This document shows, in pieces, positions 35,710-45,711 of a stretch of DNA of 64,000 bases; position 1 is the stretch's first letter; each line of letters begins with the position of its first letter. The stretch lies in contig CAWGEA010000001.1 in assembly GCA_963821495.1 (NCBI GenBank), positions 323,487 to 387,486 of the forward strand. Direction: 5' to 3'. The notes under the pieces were generated by a model, which saw nothing but the letters and a program-made list of their open reading frames with translations, ran no database searches and had not been told where the DNA came from. Both the position numbers and the translations under genes were made by a program. The DNA is from an uncultured Actinomycetes bacterium (lineage in GTDB: Bacteria; Actinomycetota; Thermoleophilia; Gaiellales; Gaiellaceae).

Positions 35710-36662
35710 CGGACGCGCTTCCGGTCAGCGCGCGCGGGCTCGTCAAGCACTACGGCGACCTCGCCGCGGTCGACCACGTCGACCTGACCGTCGAGCGGGG
35801 CGACGTGTTCGGCTACCTCGGCCCCAACGGAGCCGGGAAGACGACCTCGTTGCGGATGCTGCTCGGCCTGATCCGCCCGACGGCCGGGTCGGCCCGCCTC
35901 TTCGGGCGCGATCCACTCGAGGACGGAGCGAAGGCACTCGAGGGCGTCGCGGGTTTCGTGGAGGGACCGCGCTTCTACCCCTACCTGAGCGGCCGCAGGA
36001 ACCTGCGCCTGCTGGCCGACTTCGACGACCCCGTCTCCCGCGCGCGCATCGACGGGGTGCTCGAGCTGGTGGAGCTGCGCGACCGGGCCAAGGACAAGGT
36101 CGGCGGTTACTCGCACGGGATGCGTCAGCGGCTCGGGATCGCCGCGGCACTCCTGCGCGAGCCGCGCCTGCTGCTGCTCGACGAGCCGACGACGGGCCTG
36201 GATCCGGCGGGGATGCGCGACATGCGCGACCTCGTGCGGCGGCTCGCCGGCGAGGGGATCACGATCATGCTCTCGAGCCACCTGCTCTACGAGGTCGAGG
36301 AGCTCTGCAACCGCGTCGCGATCGTCCGGACCGGCCGCGTGATCTACGAGGGCGGGTTGCGCGACCTGCTCGCCACGGCCGCAAGCGGCTATCGCCTGCG
36401 GGCGCTGGAGCCGGAGCGCGCGCGCCTGGTGTTGCTCGCGCACCAGGGCATCGACGACGTCCGCGCGGCCGACGGCGAGCTGCGCTTCACCGGCGACGAG
36501 CAGGCGGTGGCCGCGCTCAGCGTCGCGCTGGGGAAGGCCGGAATCGGGGTCACGGCGCTCGTGCCCGAGACGCAGAGCCTCGAGGAGCTCTTCCTGGGGA
36601 TGACCGGCGGCGACTCCTCGGACCGCGACCGCGAGCGCGGCGCCGGAGAGGTGGCGGTGTGA
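35706..36662 (+). CDS. ABC transporter ATP-binding protein
   Basis: Walker A GPNGAGKTT, signature YSHGMRQRL, Walker B LLLLDEP. ATGA overlap with the upstream gene. Confidence 0.92.
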   Translation: MTDALPVSARGLVKHYGDLAAVDHVDLTVERGDVFGYLGPNGAGKTTSLRMLLGLIRPTAGSARLFGRDPLEDGAKALEGVAGFVEGPRFYPYLSGRRNLRLLADFDDPVSRARIDGVLELVELRDRAKDKVGGYSHGMRQRLGIAAALLREPRLLLLDEPTTGLDPAGMRDMRDLVRRLAGEGITIMLSSHLLYEVEELCNRVAIVRTGRVIYEGGLRDLLATAASGYRLRALEPERARLVLLAHQGIDDVRAADGELRFTGDEQAVAALSVALGKAGIGVTALVPETQSLEELFLGMTGGDSSDRDRERGAGEVAV

Positions 36663-37474
36663 CCGGCACGCTGCGCGTCTACCGGTGGGAGCTCGAGAAG
36701 CTGCTCGCGCAGAAGCGCACGTACCTCGGGCTCGGCACCGCGGTGCTCGTTCCGATCGTGTTCGTGGTCGTGCTGGTGCTTCAGACCGGCGGCCCGAACG
36801 ACGTGCCGCTCGGCCGCTACATCCGCGAGACCGGGCTCGCGGTGCCGTTCGTGGTGCTCTTCTTCATGTCGATCTGGGGCCTGCCGCTGATCACCGCGCT
36901 CGTCGCCGGCGACATCGTGGCCGCCGAGTCGCACAACGGGACTCTGAAGACGATCCTCACGCGCTCGCGCGAACGCGGCGAGGTCTTCGCCGGCAAGGCG
37001 CTCGCGACGGCAACGTACACGCTCGCGGCCGTGCTCGCGATGGGGCTGACGGGCCTGGTCGCCGGCAGCATCGCATGGGGCTTTCACCCGCTGACCTCGC
37101 TCTCGGGGACGAAGGTCTCGGCGGGCCATGGCTTCGTCCTGCTGCTGCTGAGCCTGCTCGTCTACGTGCTGCCGCTGGCGGGGATCGCGGCCTTCGGCGT
37201 CCTGCTCTCGACGGTCACGCGGAACAGCGCAGCCTCGGTCGTGGGCGCGCTGATGTGGGCGCTCCTGATGCAGCTGCTCGGCGTGCTGCCGGGGACGGAG
37301 GCGATCCGGCCGTACCTGCTCGGCACGCAGTTCGAGGCCTGGCACGGGTTCCTGCGCGTGCCCGCCGACTGGGCGCCTGTGATCCGCGCGCTCTGGGTGT
37401 GCGCGCTCTACATCGGCGTCCCGGTGATCGCCGCGTACGTCGTCTTCCTGCGCCGCGACGTCGCAGGCGATTAG
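36659..37474 (+). CDS. ABC-2 type transporter permease
   Basis: 6 hydrophobic segments. GTGA-type overlap with the ATPase gene. Confidence 0.85.
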   Translation: MTGTLRVYRWELEKLLAQKRTYLGLGTAVLVPIVFVVVLVLQTGGPNDVPLGRYIRETGLAVPFVVLFFMSIWGLPLITALVAGDIVAAESHNGTLKTILTRSRERGEVFAGKALATATYTLAAVLAMGLTGLVAGSIAWGFHPLTSLSGTKVSAGHGFVLLLLSLLVYVLPLAGIAAFGVLLSTVTRNSAASVVGALMWALLMQLLGVLPGTEAIRPYLLGTQFEAWHGFLRVPADWAPVIRALWVCALYIGVPVIAAYVVFLRRDVAGD

Positions 37475-37523
37475 GCCCGAAGCGCGCCGGGCGGCGCGGG
37501 CAGTCGCTCAGTAGCCTGGGACG

Positions 37524-38591
37524 ATGCGGACGCTCGGCGGGTGCGCAGTTGTCGCCGTGGTCTGTGCGGTCGTCGCCGGCGCCGGCGGTGCGGGCCCGGC
37601 GGCCGAGCACGCCGCGTCGCCGACGCTCGTGGAGCTGGTCGGGCAGAAGCTCGTCGTCTCGATGAACGGCACGACGCCGTCGGCCTCGTTGCTGTGGCGC
37701 GTGAGGCGCGGCGAGGTCGGCGGCGTGATCGTCCACCGCTTCAACTTCGGCACGACGATGCAGCTGCGCGGGATCGCTCGGGCGCTGCAGCGCGCGGCGG
37801 CCGCGGGCGGGCGGCCGAAGCTGCTGATCGCAGTCGACCAGGAGGGCGGCAGCGTGAAGACCGTTCCGTGGGCGCCGCCCACGGTCGCGCCGGCACGGAT
37901 GGGAGCACGCGCGCGCGAGCAGGGCCGGCGCACCGGCTCGGCTCTGAGGGCGCTCGGCGTCAACACCGACCTCGCGCCGGTCGCGGACGTCCCGGCCTCC
38001 CGCACCTCCGCCGTCTACCGCCAGCGCCGTGCCTGGTCGTTCGACGCGCAGGAGACGGCGCGCCTGGCGGGTGCCTTTGCCGCCGGCCTTCGCGACGGCC
38101 GCACGGTCGCGACGATGAAGCACTTCCCCGGCCTCGGCTTCGCGCGCCGCGACACCGACCGGGCGCTCGTGCGGATCGCCCAGCCGCGGGCCCGGCTGGA
38201 GCCCGGGCTCGCGCCGTACCACCGCGCGATTCTCCGGCGGGTGCCGCTGATCATGTTCTCGAACGCGATCTACGACGCCTACGACCCGGTGAACGCGGCC
38301 GGCTGGTCGCGCGCGATCGCGACGAGGCTGCTGCGGGGCGAGCTCGGCTTCACAGGCGTCTCGATGACGGACTCGCTCGACGGCGCGGCGCGCGTGCGGG
38401 GCATCCCGCCGAACGGCCTCGCGATCGGCGCGGCGAACGCGGGCACAGACCTGATCCTCCTGACCGGCTCCGAGGCGGCAACGCGCAGGGTCTACGCGTC
38501 GCTGCGGCGCGCGGCGCAGAGCGGCCGCGTCGGGCGCGCAACCCTCGCCGCCTCGTATCGCAGGATCCTCGCGCTGAAGGCGCGGCTGTAG
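37524..38591 (+). CDS. glycoside hydrolase family 3 N-terminal domain protein (NagZ-like beta-N-acetylhexosaminidase)
   Basis: Signal peptide, then VDQEGGSV, KHFPGLG and MTDSL. Confidence 0.88.
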   Translation: MRTLGGCAVVAVVCAVVAGAGGAGPAAEHAASPTLVELVGQKLVVSMNGTTPSASLLWRVRRGEVGGVIVHRFNFGTTMQLRGIARALQRAAAAGGRPKLLIAVDQEGGSVKTVPWAPPTVAPARMGARAREQGRRTGSALRALGVNTDLAPVADVPASRTSAVYRQRRAWSFDAQETARLAGAFAAGLRDGRTVATMKHFPGLGFARRDTDRALVRIAQPRARLEPGLAPYHRAILRRVPLIMFSNAIYDAYDPVNAAGWSRAIATRLLRGELGFTGVSMTDSLDGAARVRGIPPNGLAIGAANAGTDLILLTGSEAATRRVYASLRRAAQSGRVGRATLAASYRRILALKARL

Positions 38592-38605
38592 GCTCATCCT
38601 CGAGC

Positions 38606-39538
38606 ATGGCCGCGGCCGGGATCCTCGACGCGATCGGCGACACGCCGCTGGTGCGGCTGCAGCATCTCGCGCCCGAGGGCGGCGAGATCTGGGTGAAGCT
38701 GGAGTACCGCAACCCATCCGGCTCGATGAAGGACCGGATGGCCCTGGCGATGATCCAGGGCGCCGAGCGGGACGGCCTGCTCGAGCCCGGCACGACGGTC
38801 GTCGAGTACACCGGCGGCAGCACCGGCCCCGCGCTCGCGCTCGTCTGCCGCGCGAAGGGCTACTCGGTCAAGATCGTCATCTCCGAGTGCTTCAGCGAGG
38901 AGCGGATTCGGCTCACGCGTGCCCTCGGCGCGGAGCTCGAGCTGCTGCCGGCGGTCGAGGAACGCGGTCGCGTCACCGCCCAGGACATCACGAACATGAT
39001 CGAGCGCGCCGCCGAGCTCGCGCGCGAGCCCGGGACGTATGCGACCGACCAGTTCAACAACCCGTACGCGATTCCGGGCCACCGCGAGCGGCTCGGCCGC
39101 GAGATCTGGGAGCAGTCGGACGGCGCGGTGGCGGCGTTCTGCCAGGGCATCGGCACCGCCGGATCGCTGATCGGGGTGGCGGAGGCGCTGAAGGCGCGGA
39201 AGCCGGAGGTGCGGATCGTCGGCCTCGAGCCGGCCGGCTCGGCCGCGCTCGGCGGGGGGCCGAGCGGCTCGTTCGCGATGCAGGGCTGGTCGGGGATGGT
39301 GCCGCCGCTCTGGGACGCCACGCACGTCGACGGCGTCTGGGCGATCGAGGATGGCGAGGCGCTGGAGATGACGGTCCGCCTCGCTGAGGAGGAGGGGATC
39401 TTCGCCGGGACGTCGACGGGAGCGAACGTGGTCGGGGCGCTGCGCCTCGCGGCCGAGCTTCCCCCCGGAGCCATCGTCGTCACGCTCGCCGTCGACAGCG
39501 GCTTCAAGTACATGGCCGGACCGCCCTACGCCGGCTGA
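38606..39538 (+). CDS. cysteine synthase family PLP enzyme (CysK/CysM-like)
   Basis: NPSGSMKDRMA (PLP lysine), GIGTAGSL, and the typical TPLVRL N-terminus. Confidence 0.92.
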   Translation: MAAAGILDAIGDTPLVRLQHLAPEGGEIWVKLEYRNPSGSMKDRMALAMIQGAERDGLLEPGTTVVEYTGGSTGPALALVCRAKGYSVKIVISECFSEERIRLTRALGAELELLPAVEERGRVTAQDITNMIERAAELAREPGTYATDQFNNPYAIPGHRERLGREIWEQSDGAVAAFCQGIGTAGSLIGVAEALKARKPEVRIVGLEPAGSAALGGGPSGSFAMQGWSGMVPPLWDATHVDGVWAIEDGEALEMTVRLAEEEGIFAGTSTGANVVGALRLAAELPPGAIVVTLAVDSGFKYMAGPPYAG

Positions 39539-39546
39539 GGCCGGCC

Positions 39547-41016
39547 GTGGAGGCGGACTACGTCGTCGTCGGCGCGGGGTCCGCGGGGTGCGTGCTCGCG
39601 GCCCGGCTGAGCGAGGACCCGGCCATGCGCGTGCTGTTGCTCGAGGCCGGGCCGGAGGACCGCAAGCGGGAGATCCGCGTCCCGGCCGCCTTCTCGCGGC
39701 TCTACCGGAGCGAGGTCGACTGGGGCTACTCGACGGAGCCGCAGAAGTGGCTCGAAGGGCGCGAGATCGTGTTCCCGCGCGGGAAGGTGATCGGCGGGTC
39801 GTCGTCGATCAACGCGCAGATCGCCCTGCGCGGCCACCGGGCCGACTACGACGGCTGGGGCGTGCCCGGCTGGTCGTGGGCGGACGTGCTGCCGTACTTC
39901 GAGCGCAGCGCAGCCGGGCCGTTCGCCCTGACGAGCCTGCGCGACCCGAGCCCGCTGACGGCCGCGTTCGTCGAGGCGGCGGCCGAGCTGGGCATCCCGC
40001 GCTCGCCGGATTTCAACGCCCCCGAGCCGGAAGGCGTCGCGCAGGTCGAGGTGAACCAGCGCCGCGGCCGTCGCTGGAGCGTCGCGGACGGCTACCTGCG
40101 GCCGGCGCGGCGGCGGCCGAACCTGACCGTCCTGACGGGCGCTCACGCGACGCGGATCCTGCTCGACGGCGACCGTGCCACGGGCGTCACGTACCTCCGC
40201 GACGGCCGCCCGCAGGAGGCACGTGCCCGGCGCGAGGTCGTCCTCAGCGCGGGCGCGATCGGCTCGCCGCACCTGCTGCTGCTCTCGGGGCTCCACCGGC
40301 CCGGGGTCGGAGCGAACCTCCAGGATCACCTCGTCGGCGGCGTGCTCGCGTCGTCCACGAGCACGCACACGTTGTTCGCCGCCGAGTCACCCGCCAACCT
40401 GCTGCGCTACCTCCTCCTGCGGCGCGGGATGCTGACCTCGAACGTCGCCGAGGCGGCCGCCTTCGTGCGGACACGGCCGGAGCTGGAGGCACCCGACCTC
40501 GAGCTCGTCTTCGCGCCGGTGCTGTTCGTCGACGAGGGCCTCGTCCCGCCGCCCGAGCACGGGCTCACGATCGGAACGATCCCGCTGCAGCCGGCGAGCC
40601 GCGGCAGCGTCGCCCTTCGCTCCGCCGATCCGCTCGAGCCGCCGGCGATCGACCCGGCCTACCTGTCCGCCGAGGAGGACGTGCGCGTGCTGCTCGACGG
40701 GGTGCGGCTTGCCCGGCGGCTGCTGGCCACGAGCGCGCTCGCCCCGCACGTGCGGGGCGAGCTGCTTCCGGGGCCGGCCGCCCAGTCCGACGAGGAGCTC
40801 GTCGAGGTTCTGCGCGCCAAAGCGCACACGCTCTATCACCCGGTCGGCACCTGTGCGCTCGGCACGGTCGTCGACCCGGAGCTGCGCGTGCGCGGGGTCG
40901 GCGGCCTGCGCATCGCCGACGCGTCGGTGATCCCGCGCATCCCGCGCGGGCACACGAACTGGCCGACGGTGATGGTCGCGGAGAAGGCCGCCGACCTCCT
41001 GCGCGGCCACGACTAG
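39547..41016 (+). CDS. GMC-family FAD oxidoreductase (choline dehydrogenase-like)
   Basis: DYVVVGAGSAGCVLAARLSED, GKVIGGSSSINA, and C-terminal HPVGTC...DASVIP. Confidence 0.92.
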   Translation: MEADYVVVGAGSAGCVLAARLSEDPAMRVLLLEAGPEDRKREIRVPAAFSRLYRSEVDWGYSTEPQKWLEGREIVFPRGKVIGGSSSINAQIALRGHRADYDGWGVPGWSWADVLPYFERSAAGPFALTSLRDPSPLTAAFVEAAAELGIPRSPDFNAPEPEGVAQVEVNQRRGRRWSVADGYLRPARRRPNLTVLTGAHATRILLDGDRATGVTYLRDGRPQEARARREVVLSAGAIGSPHLLLLSGLHRPGVGANLQDHLVGGVLASSTSTHTLFAAESPANLLRYLLLRRGMLTSNVAEAAAFVRTRPELEAPDLELVFAPVLFVDEGLVPPPEHGLTIGTIPLQPASRGSVALRSADPLEPPAIDPAYLSAEEDVRVLLDGVRLARRLLATSALAPHVRGELLPGPAAQSDEELVEVLRAKAHTLYHPVGTCALGTVVDPELRVRGVGGLRIADASVIPRIPRGHTNWPTVMVAEKAADLLRGHD

Positions 41017-41076
41017 GGCTCGATCAGCCCGCGCCGCCCCGGAAGGTCGACGGCCAGAGGCCGCCGGGCGCGGCGC

Positions 41077-41979
41077 CTAGGCCCGCTGCCACAGCGCCGA
41101 GGGGTAGTAGTCGTACGTGACGCGGTCGAGCAGCTCGATCCGCACTCCGGCACGCAGCATCCGCTCGCCGCGGAACCAGTCGCCGACGACGCCCAGCGCC
41201 GAGGCGACGTGCTCGCGCTCGAAGAAGCGCAGGTGCGCGTGCACGAGCGCGCCCTTGAGCGGCAGCCGGTCCGGCAGCACGGCCTTCTCGTCGCGGGTCG
41301 TGCCGTCCGGGTGCCGCTCCCGCACCACGCCCTGAACCGCCTCGGCCTGCCGCTCGCGCGCCGTCTCGAGCAGCAGCGCGACTGCGTCGGGGGGGAGCGA
41401 GTCGTCGTCGTCGGCGTCGAACAGCCAGCGGCCGCTCGCCAGCCGGTAGCCCTCGTTGCGCGTCAGCGTCGAGCTCGCGATCCAGTGGCGGTGTGCGTCC
41501 GGGTAGACGTAGCGCTGCGGCAGGCTCGTCCACCGGACCCGCCTGTCGCCGGCCTCGCGCACGACCTCCTCGGCCCCGGGGTCGGGCCCGTCGCCGACCA
41601 CGAGCACCTCGAGCCGCTCGTGCGTCTGCGCCAGCGCGGCCGGCAGCGACCGCGAGCGCAGCAGCTCCGCGCGCCCGAAGGTCGGCAGCACGATCGTCAC
41701 CAGCGGGTCCGGCTCGCTGAAGGCGAGCTCGTACCCCGGGTCGGCGCGGGCCTCGGCCAGCAGCCGCCGGTTCTCGGCATCGCGTCCGGCCAGGATCCGC
41801 AGCGTCGGGAAGAGGTCGTCGTCGAGCCGCTGGGCGAGCGTGGCGACGTCGCCGCGCAGCCCCGCGAGCTCGTGCTCGAGGCGGGTGAGCTCGCCGCCGA
41901 GGCTCTCGATCTCGTGGTGGAGGGCCTGGAACCGCCGGTCGAGCGCGTTTGCCAGCCGCCGGCGCAGACCCGGGCTCAC
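41077..41979 (-). CDS. glycosyltransferase family 2 with N-terminal coiled-coil segment
   Basis: VTIVLPTFGRAELL, VVGDG and the DADDDD (DxD) region. GTG at 41979 overlaps the upstream stop (GTGA). Confidence 0.85.
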   Translation of the reverse strand: MSPGLRRRLANALDRRFQALHHEIESLGGELTRLEHELAGLRGDVATLAQRLDDDLFPTLRILAGRDAENRRLLAEARADPGYELAFSEPDPLVTIVLPTFGRAELLRSRSLPAALAQTHERLEVLVVGDGPDPGAEEVVREAGDRRVRWTSLPQRYVYPDAHRHWIASSTLTRNEGYRLASGRWLFDADDDDSLPPDAVALLLETARERQAEAVQGVVRERHPDGTTRDEKAVLPDRLPLKGALVHAHLRFFEREHVASALGVVGDWFRGERMLRAGVRIELLDRVTYDYYPSALWQRA

Positions 41980-42581
41980 GCGCGCGTGAACACACGCGCG
42001 GGAACGCCCTGGACCCGCGTCGCCGGCTCGACATCGCGGACGACGACCGCGCCCGCGGCGACGACCGCGCCCGCCCCGACCGCGACGCCGTTCACGACGG
42101 CCGCGCTCATGCCGATCACCGCGCCGTCGCCGATCACGCTGTTGCCGCCGACGTTGGCCCCCGGGTTGAGCACGGCGCCTGCGCCCACGCGTGCGTGGTG
42201 GCCCACGAGCGCGCCGCGTGCGAGGAGGGAGTGCGGGCCGAGCTCCGCGGCCGCTCCGACGACCGCGCCCGGCCCGACGATCGCGCCGAGGCTCACGGCG
42301 GCGGAAGGGCTGACCACGGCAGCGGGGTGGACGACGCGACAGGCGAGCCAGCCGTGCTCGGCCAGGTGCGACCAGAGCGCGAGCCGGTCGCCGCCGAGAC
42401 CGATCGCCACGGCACCGGGTTCCGCCTCGACGCCGACCACGGGCAGGCCGTGGATCTCGCCGCCGATGCGGCCGCGGTCGACGACCTCGACGAGCCCGAC
42501 CACGTCGTGCCCGGCCGCGCGCGCGTACTCGACGATCTCGAGCGCGAACGACCCGGTCCCGGCCACGTGCAGCTCCGCCAC
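41976..42581 (-). CDS. hexapeptide-repeat sugar acetyltransferase (NeuD/PglD family)
   Basis: N-terminal Rossmann-like part, then left-handed beta-helix repeats (VGAGAVLNPGANVGGNSVIGDGAVIGMSAAV). Confidence 0.85.
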   Translation of the reverse strand: MAELHVAGTGSFALEIVEYARAAGHDVVGLVEVVDRGRIGGEIHGLPVVGVEAEPGAVAIGLGGDRLALWSHLAEHGWLACRVVHPAAVVSPSAAVSLGAIVGPGAVVGAAAELGPHSLLARGALVGHHARVGAGAVLNPGANVGGNSVIGDGAVIGMSAAVVNGVAVGAGAVVAAGAVVVRDVEPATRVQGVPARVFTRA

Positions 42582-42692
42582 CGCGCGGACGATAACGGGA
42601 GCCTCTGGTCACAGCGGAAAAACCGGGCTACGATCCGACGGCGCCGAAACCGAGGGCGGCGCGATCGCATTCATCGGATTGGGGGACTCCAC

Positions 42693-45653
42693 ATGGGTAA
42701 GACAGCAGTCAACCGCTGGCTCTTCGTTGCCGCGGTTGCGGTGGCCGCGGCCGCCACGGTGTTGCTGATCGCACGCGATCACCGGCAGCCGGCGCGGTTC
42801 TCGGTGCGGTTCGACCCGCACAAGGAGGCGAAGTTCGAGCGCGCGCGCGGCGAAGAAGCCTCGCGGAACGGCGCCGACACTCCCGCGGCCGAGCAGGTCG
42901 CGGACCGCGCCTACCCGCGGACGTACGTCGACGACCGCCTCGCGCTGAAGTCGCGTGACGCCTTCAAGACCAAGCCGAGCAAGCTCGGCGCGTCCGCGTT
43001 CTCGACCACTTCGGCCTTCAACGCGGCGCAGGCCGCGAGCCCGGGCGCCTGGCGGGCGCTCGGCCCGGTGACGCCGAACGTCGCCGGCGAGGCCTCGCAG
43101 TTCTTCGACCCCGCCACCGGCACCGGGCCTGCGACGCAGGAATCGGGCCGCGTGACGGCGCTGGCGATCGACCCGAACTGCGGCAAGGCGTCGGCCCCGG
43201 CCGGCGCGCCGTGCCGCCTCTGGATTGCCGCCGCGGGCGGCGGCATCTGGCGCACGAACAACGCGCTCGCCGCGACGCCCACGTGGATCGCGCCCCCGGC
43301 GAGCCTGCCGACCAACGCCTTCGGCTCGCTGATCGTCGACGTGAACGACGCCAGCGGCAACACGCTCTACGCAGGCTCGGGAGAGCCGAACGGCTCGGGT
43401 GACTCCGAGGCCGGCCTCGGCCTCTTCAAGTCGGTCGACGGTGGCCAGAGCTGGCAGCTCGTGGCCGGCTCCCAGTCGGTCGCGATCAACCGCTCGATCG
43501 GCGCGATCGTTGTCAAGCCGGGCGCGCCGGGCACGATCTACATCGGCACCGACGTCGCCCGCCACGGCTCATCCGCGGCGAACGGCGGCCGGCGGACGCC
43601 CCCGAACGCTCCGGCGCTCGGCGTCTACAAGTCGACCGACGGCGGCGCGACGTTCTCGCTCGCGACCGATCTCGCGTCGAAGACCCCGCCCAATCCCGCG
43701 CCCGCGTCGTCGGGTGTCGACTGGTTCCAGGGCGGGATCACGAAGCTCGAGCTCGATCCGAACAACCTGAATGCCGTCTACGCGGCCGTCGTCGGCTACG
43801 GGCTCTGGCGCTCGAACGACGGCGGCGCCTCGTGGTCGCAGGTCTTCCAGACCATGAACCCCGCCGACACCTTCGGCGACCGGGTCGAGTTCGACGCCGT
43901 GAGCCTCGGCGGCGGCAAGACGCGGATCTACCTGGGCGACTCCTCCGACGACATCCTCGTCGCGCGCGTCTGGCGCACGGACGACGCGGCGTCGATCGTG
44001 GGCTCGCCGACGGGGAGCTACGGCAACGCCGGCTGGACGGAGCTCTCGAGCTCGACCAACGGCACGAACGGCTTCCTCGCCTACGGCTACTGCCAGAACG
44101 GCCAGTGCGGTTACGACGACTTCGTCGTCAGCCCGGCCGGGCAGCCCGGGGTCGGGGCCGGCCACGCGAACGAACTGTGGCTCGGCGGCTCGATGAACTA
44201 CGACGAGCTCGTCGCCTACGGCGGCCTTCCGCCTCGCTCGAACGGCCGTGCGGTGATCCGGACGACCAACGGCGGCGCTCTGCCGCAGGACGTCGGCTGG
44301 CAGGACATGACCGGCACGATCGGCTCGGCGCCGTCGTTCCGCATCACCAGCGGCATCCATCCGGACGAGCACGCGGTGGTGTTCAACCCGGCCGACACCG
44401 GGATCGCCTTCGTCGGCTCCGACGGCGGTGTCGTCCGCGTCGACGTCCGGACCCCGCGCAACGCGTCCGAGGCCTGCTCGACGAGGCGCTTCGTCTACAA
44501 CAACGGCCACGGCGCGGAACCGCTCGCTCCGGCCGACCTGCTGGACTGCCAGCGGGCCCTGAGCGGGATCCCGACGGCGATCACGCCGCTGAACGACGGG
44601 TTGAACACGATCCAGTTCCAGTCGCTGTCGTTCAACCCGGCGAACCCGACGGGCGAGCTGCTCGGCGGCACGCAGGACAACGGCACCTTCTCCTACACCG
44701 GCACGACCACCTGGTTCGAGTCGGTCGGCGGCGACGGTGGCCAGTCCGGTTTCGATGCCGGCAACGGGACCATCCGGTACCACAACTACTTCGACGCGAC
44801 GCCCGAGGTGAACTTCCACGGGAACGACCCGAACGAGTGGCTCGCGACGTGGGATCCGCTCCAGTCGACGGGCGAGATGAGGTCGTTCTACGTGCCGTTC
44901 ATCGCCGACCCCGTCACGGCCGGCCGCGCGTACGTGGGGCTAGAGCACGTCTGGCGCACCGACGACAACGGCGGCGACCGGACGTACCTCGAGGCGCACT
45001 GCAACACGCTGCACCTCGATCCGTTCCGGAACCGGCCGTGCGGCGACTGGCAGCCGCTCGGGCCGAACCTGACCGGCTCGAACTTCGGCCAGACGCGCCT
45101 CGGCAACTACGTGGTCGCGACCGAGCGGGCGCCGAGCGACTCCGGCACGCTCTGGGCGGCGACGCGCGTGGGCCGCGTGTTCGTCAGCAAGAACGCCGCC
45201 GACGCGCAGCCGCGCAACGTGCGCTTCAGCCGGATCGACACGGCAAGCACTCCCGGCCGCTTCGTCTCCGGGATCGCGGTCGATCCCGCCGACCCGAACC
45301 ACGCCTGGATCTCGTACTCCGGCTACGAGGCGTACACGCCCGGCGATCCCGGGCACGTGTTCGAGGTGCGGTACAACCCGGCGACCGGGACGGCGAGCTT
45401 CGCCGACCGCTCGTACGACATCGGCGACCAGCCGGTGACCGGGGTCGCGCTCTTCGGCGCGACGGGCGACGTCTACGCCGCGACGGACTTCGGCGTCCTG
45501 CGGCTGCCGAGGGGCGCGAGCCACTGGGAGGCGTCCGGCTCCGGCCTGCCGACGGCCGCGGTCTACGGCCTGACGCTGTCGCAGTCGGCGAACGTGCTCT
45601 ACGCCGCGACGCACGGCCGCGGCGCCTGGGCGCTGACGCTGCCGCGCGGGTAG
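42693..45653 (+). CDS. 986-aa secreted BNR/sortilin-Vps10-like multi-propeller protein (paralog of 29637..32381)
   Basis: N-terminal anchor/signal WLFVAAVAVAAAATVLLIA. Blocks AAAGGGIWRT, GSGEPNGSGDSEAGLGLFKSVDGGQSW, STDGGATF, SNDGGASW, GTQDNGT and LYAATHGRGAWAL. Confidence 0.88.
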   Translation: MGKTAVNRWLFVAAVAVAAAATVLLIARDHRQPARFSVRFDPHKEAKFERARGEEASRNGADTPAAEQVADRAYPRTYVDDRLALKSRDAFKTKPSKLGASAFSTTSAFNAAQAASPGAWRALGPVTPNVAGEASQFFDPATGTGPATQESGRVTALAIDPNCGKASAPAGAPCRLWIAAAGGGIWRTNNALAATPTWIAPPASLPTNAFGSLIVDVNDASGNTLYAGSGEPNGSGDSEAGLGLFKSVDGGQSWQLVAGSQSVAINRSIGAIVVKPGAPGTIYIGTDVARHGSSAANGGRRTPPNAPALGVYKSTDGGATFSLATDLASKTPPNPAPASSGVDWFQGGITKLELDPNNLNAVYAAVVGYGLWRSNDGGASWSQVFQTMNPADTFGDRVEFDAVSLGGGKTRIYLGDSSDDILVARVWRTDDAASIVGSPTGSYGNAGWTELSSSTNGTNGFLAYGYCQNGQCGYDDFVVSPAGQPGVGAGHANELWLGGSMNYDELVAYGGLPPRSNGRAVIRTTNGGALPQDVGWQDMTGTIGSAPSFRITSGIHPDEHAVVFNPADTGIAFVGSDGGVVRVDVRTPRNASEACSTRRFVYNNGHGAEPLAPADLLDCQRALSGIPTAITPLNDGLNTIQFQSLSFNPANPTGELLGGTQDNGTFSYTGTTTWFESVGGDGGQSGFDAGNGTIRYHNYFDATPEVNFHGNDPNEWLATWDPLQSTGEMRSFYVPFIADPVTAGRAYVGLEHVWRTDDNGGDRTYLEAHCNTLHLDPFRNRPCGDWQPLGPNLTGSNFGQTRLGNYVVATERAPSDSGTLWAATRVGRVFVSKNAADAQPRNVRFSRIDTASTPGRFVSGIAVDPADPNHAWISYSGYEAYTPGDPGHVFEVRYNPATGTASFADRSYDIGDQPVTGVALFGATGDVYAATDFGVLRLPRGASHWEASGSGLPTAAVYGLTLSQSANVLYAATHGRGAWALTLPRG

Positions 45654-45670
45654 CCGCGCTCCGACTGGAC

Positions 45671-45703
45671 GGTGCCGCCCCGGCCTCGCGCCGGGGCGGC
45701 ACC
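45671..45703. terminator. bidirectional terminator-like hairpin between convergent genes
   Basis: Perfect 13-bp stem GGTGCCGCCCCGG / CCGGGGCGGCACC with a 7-nt loop. Confidence 0.6.
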
Positions 45704-45711
45704 TCGTCTGC

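Noticed and set aside
41024-42034. Arg-rich 336-aa minus-strand ORF and similar ORFs (for example 56244..57470 and 37215..38717)
   Set aside because: They have extreme Arg/Pro/Gly/Ala composition, lie out of frame over well-supported genes, and have no motifs.
41949-42692. 248-codon extension in front of the 986-aa BNR protein (ORF 41949..45653)
   Set aside because: It lies antisense to and overlaps the acetyltransferase gene and is low complexity. ATG 42693 with a GGGGGA RBS gives a signal/anchor N-terminus.
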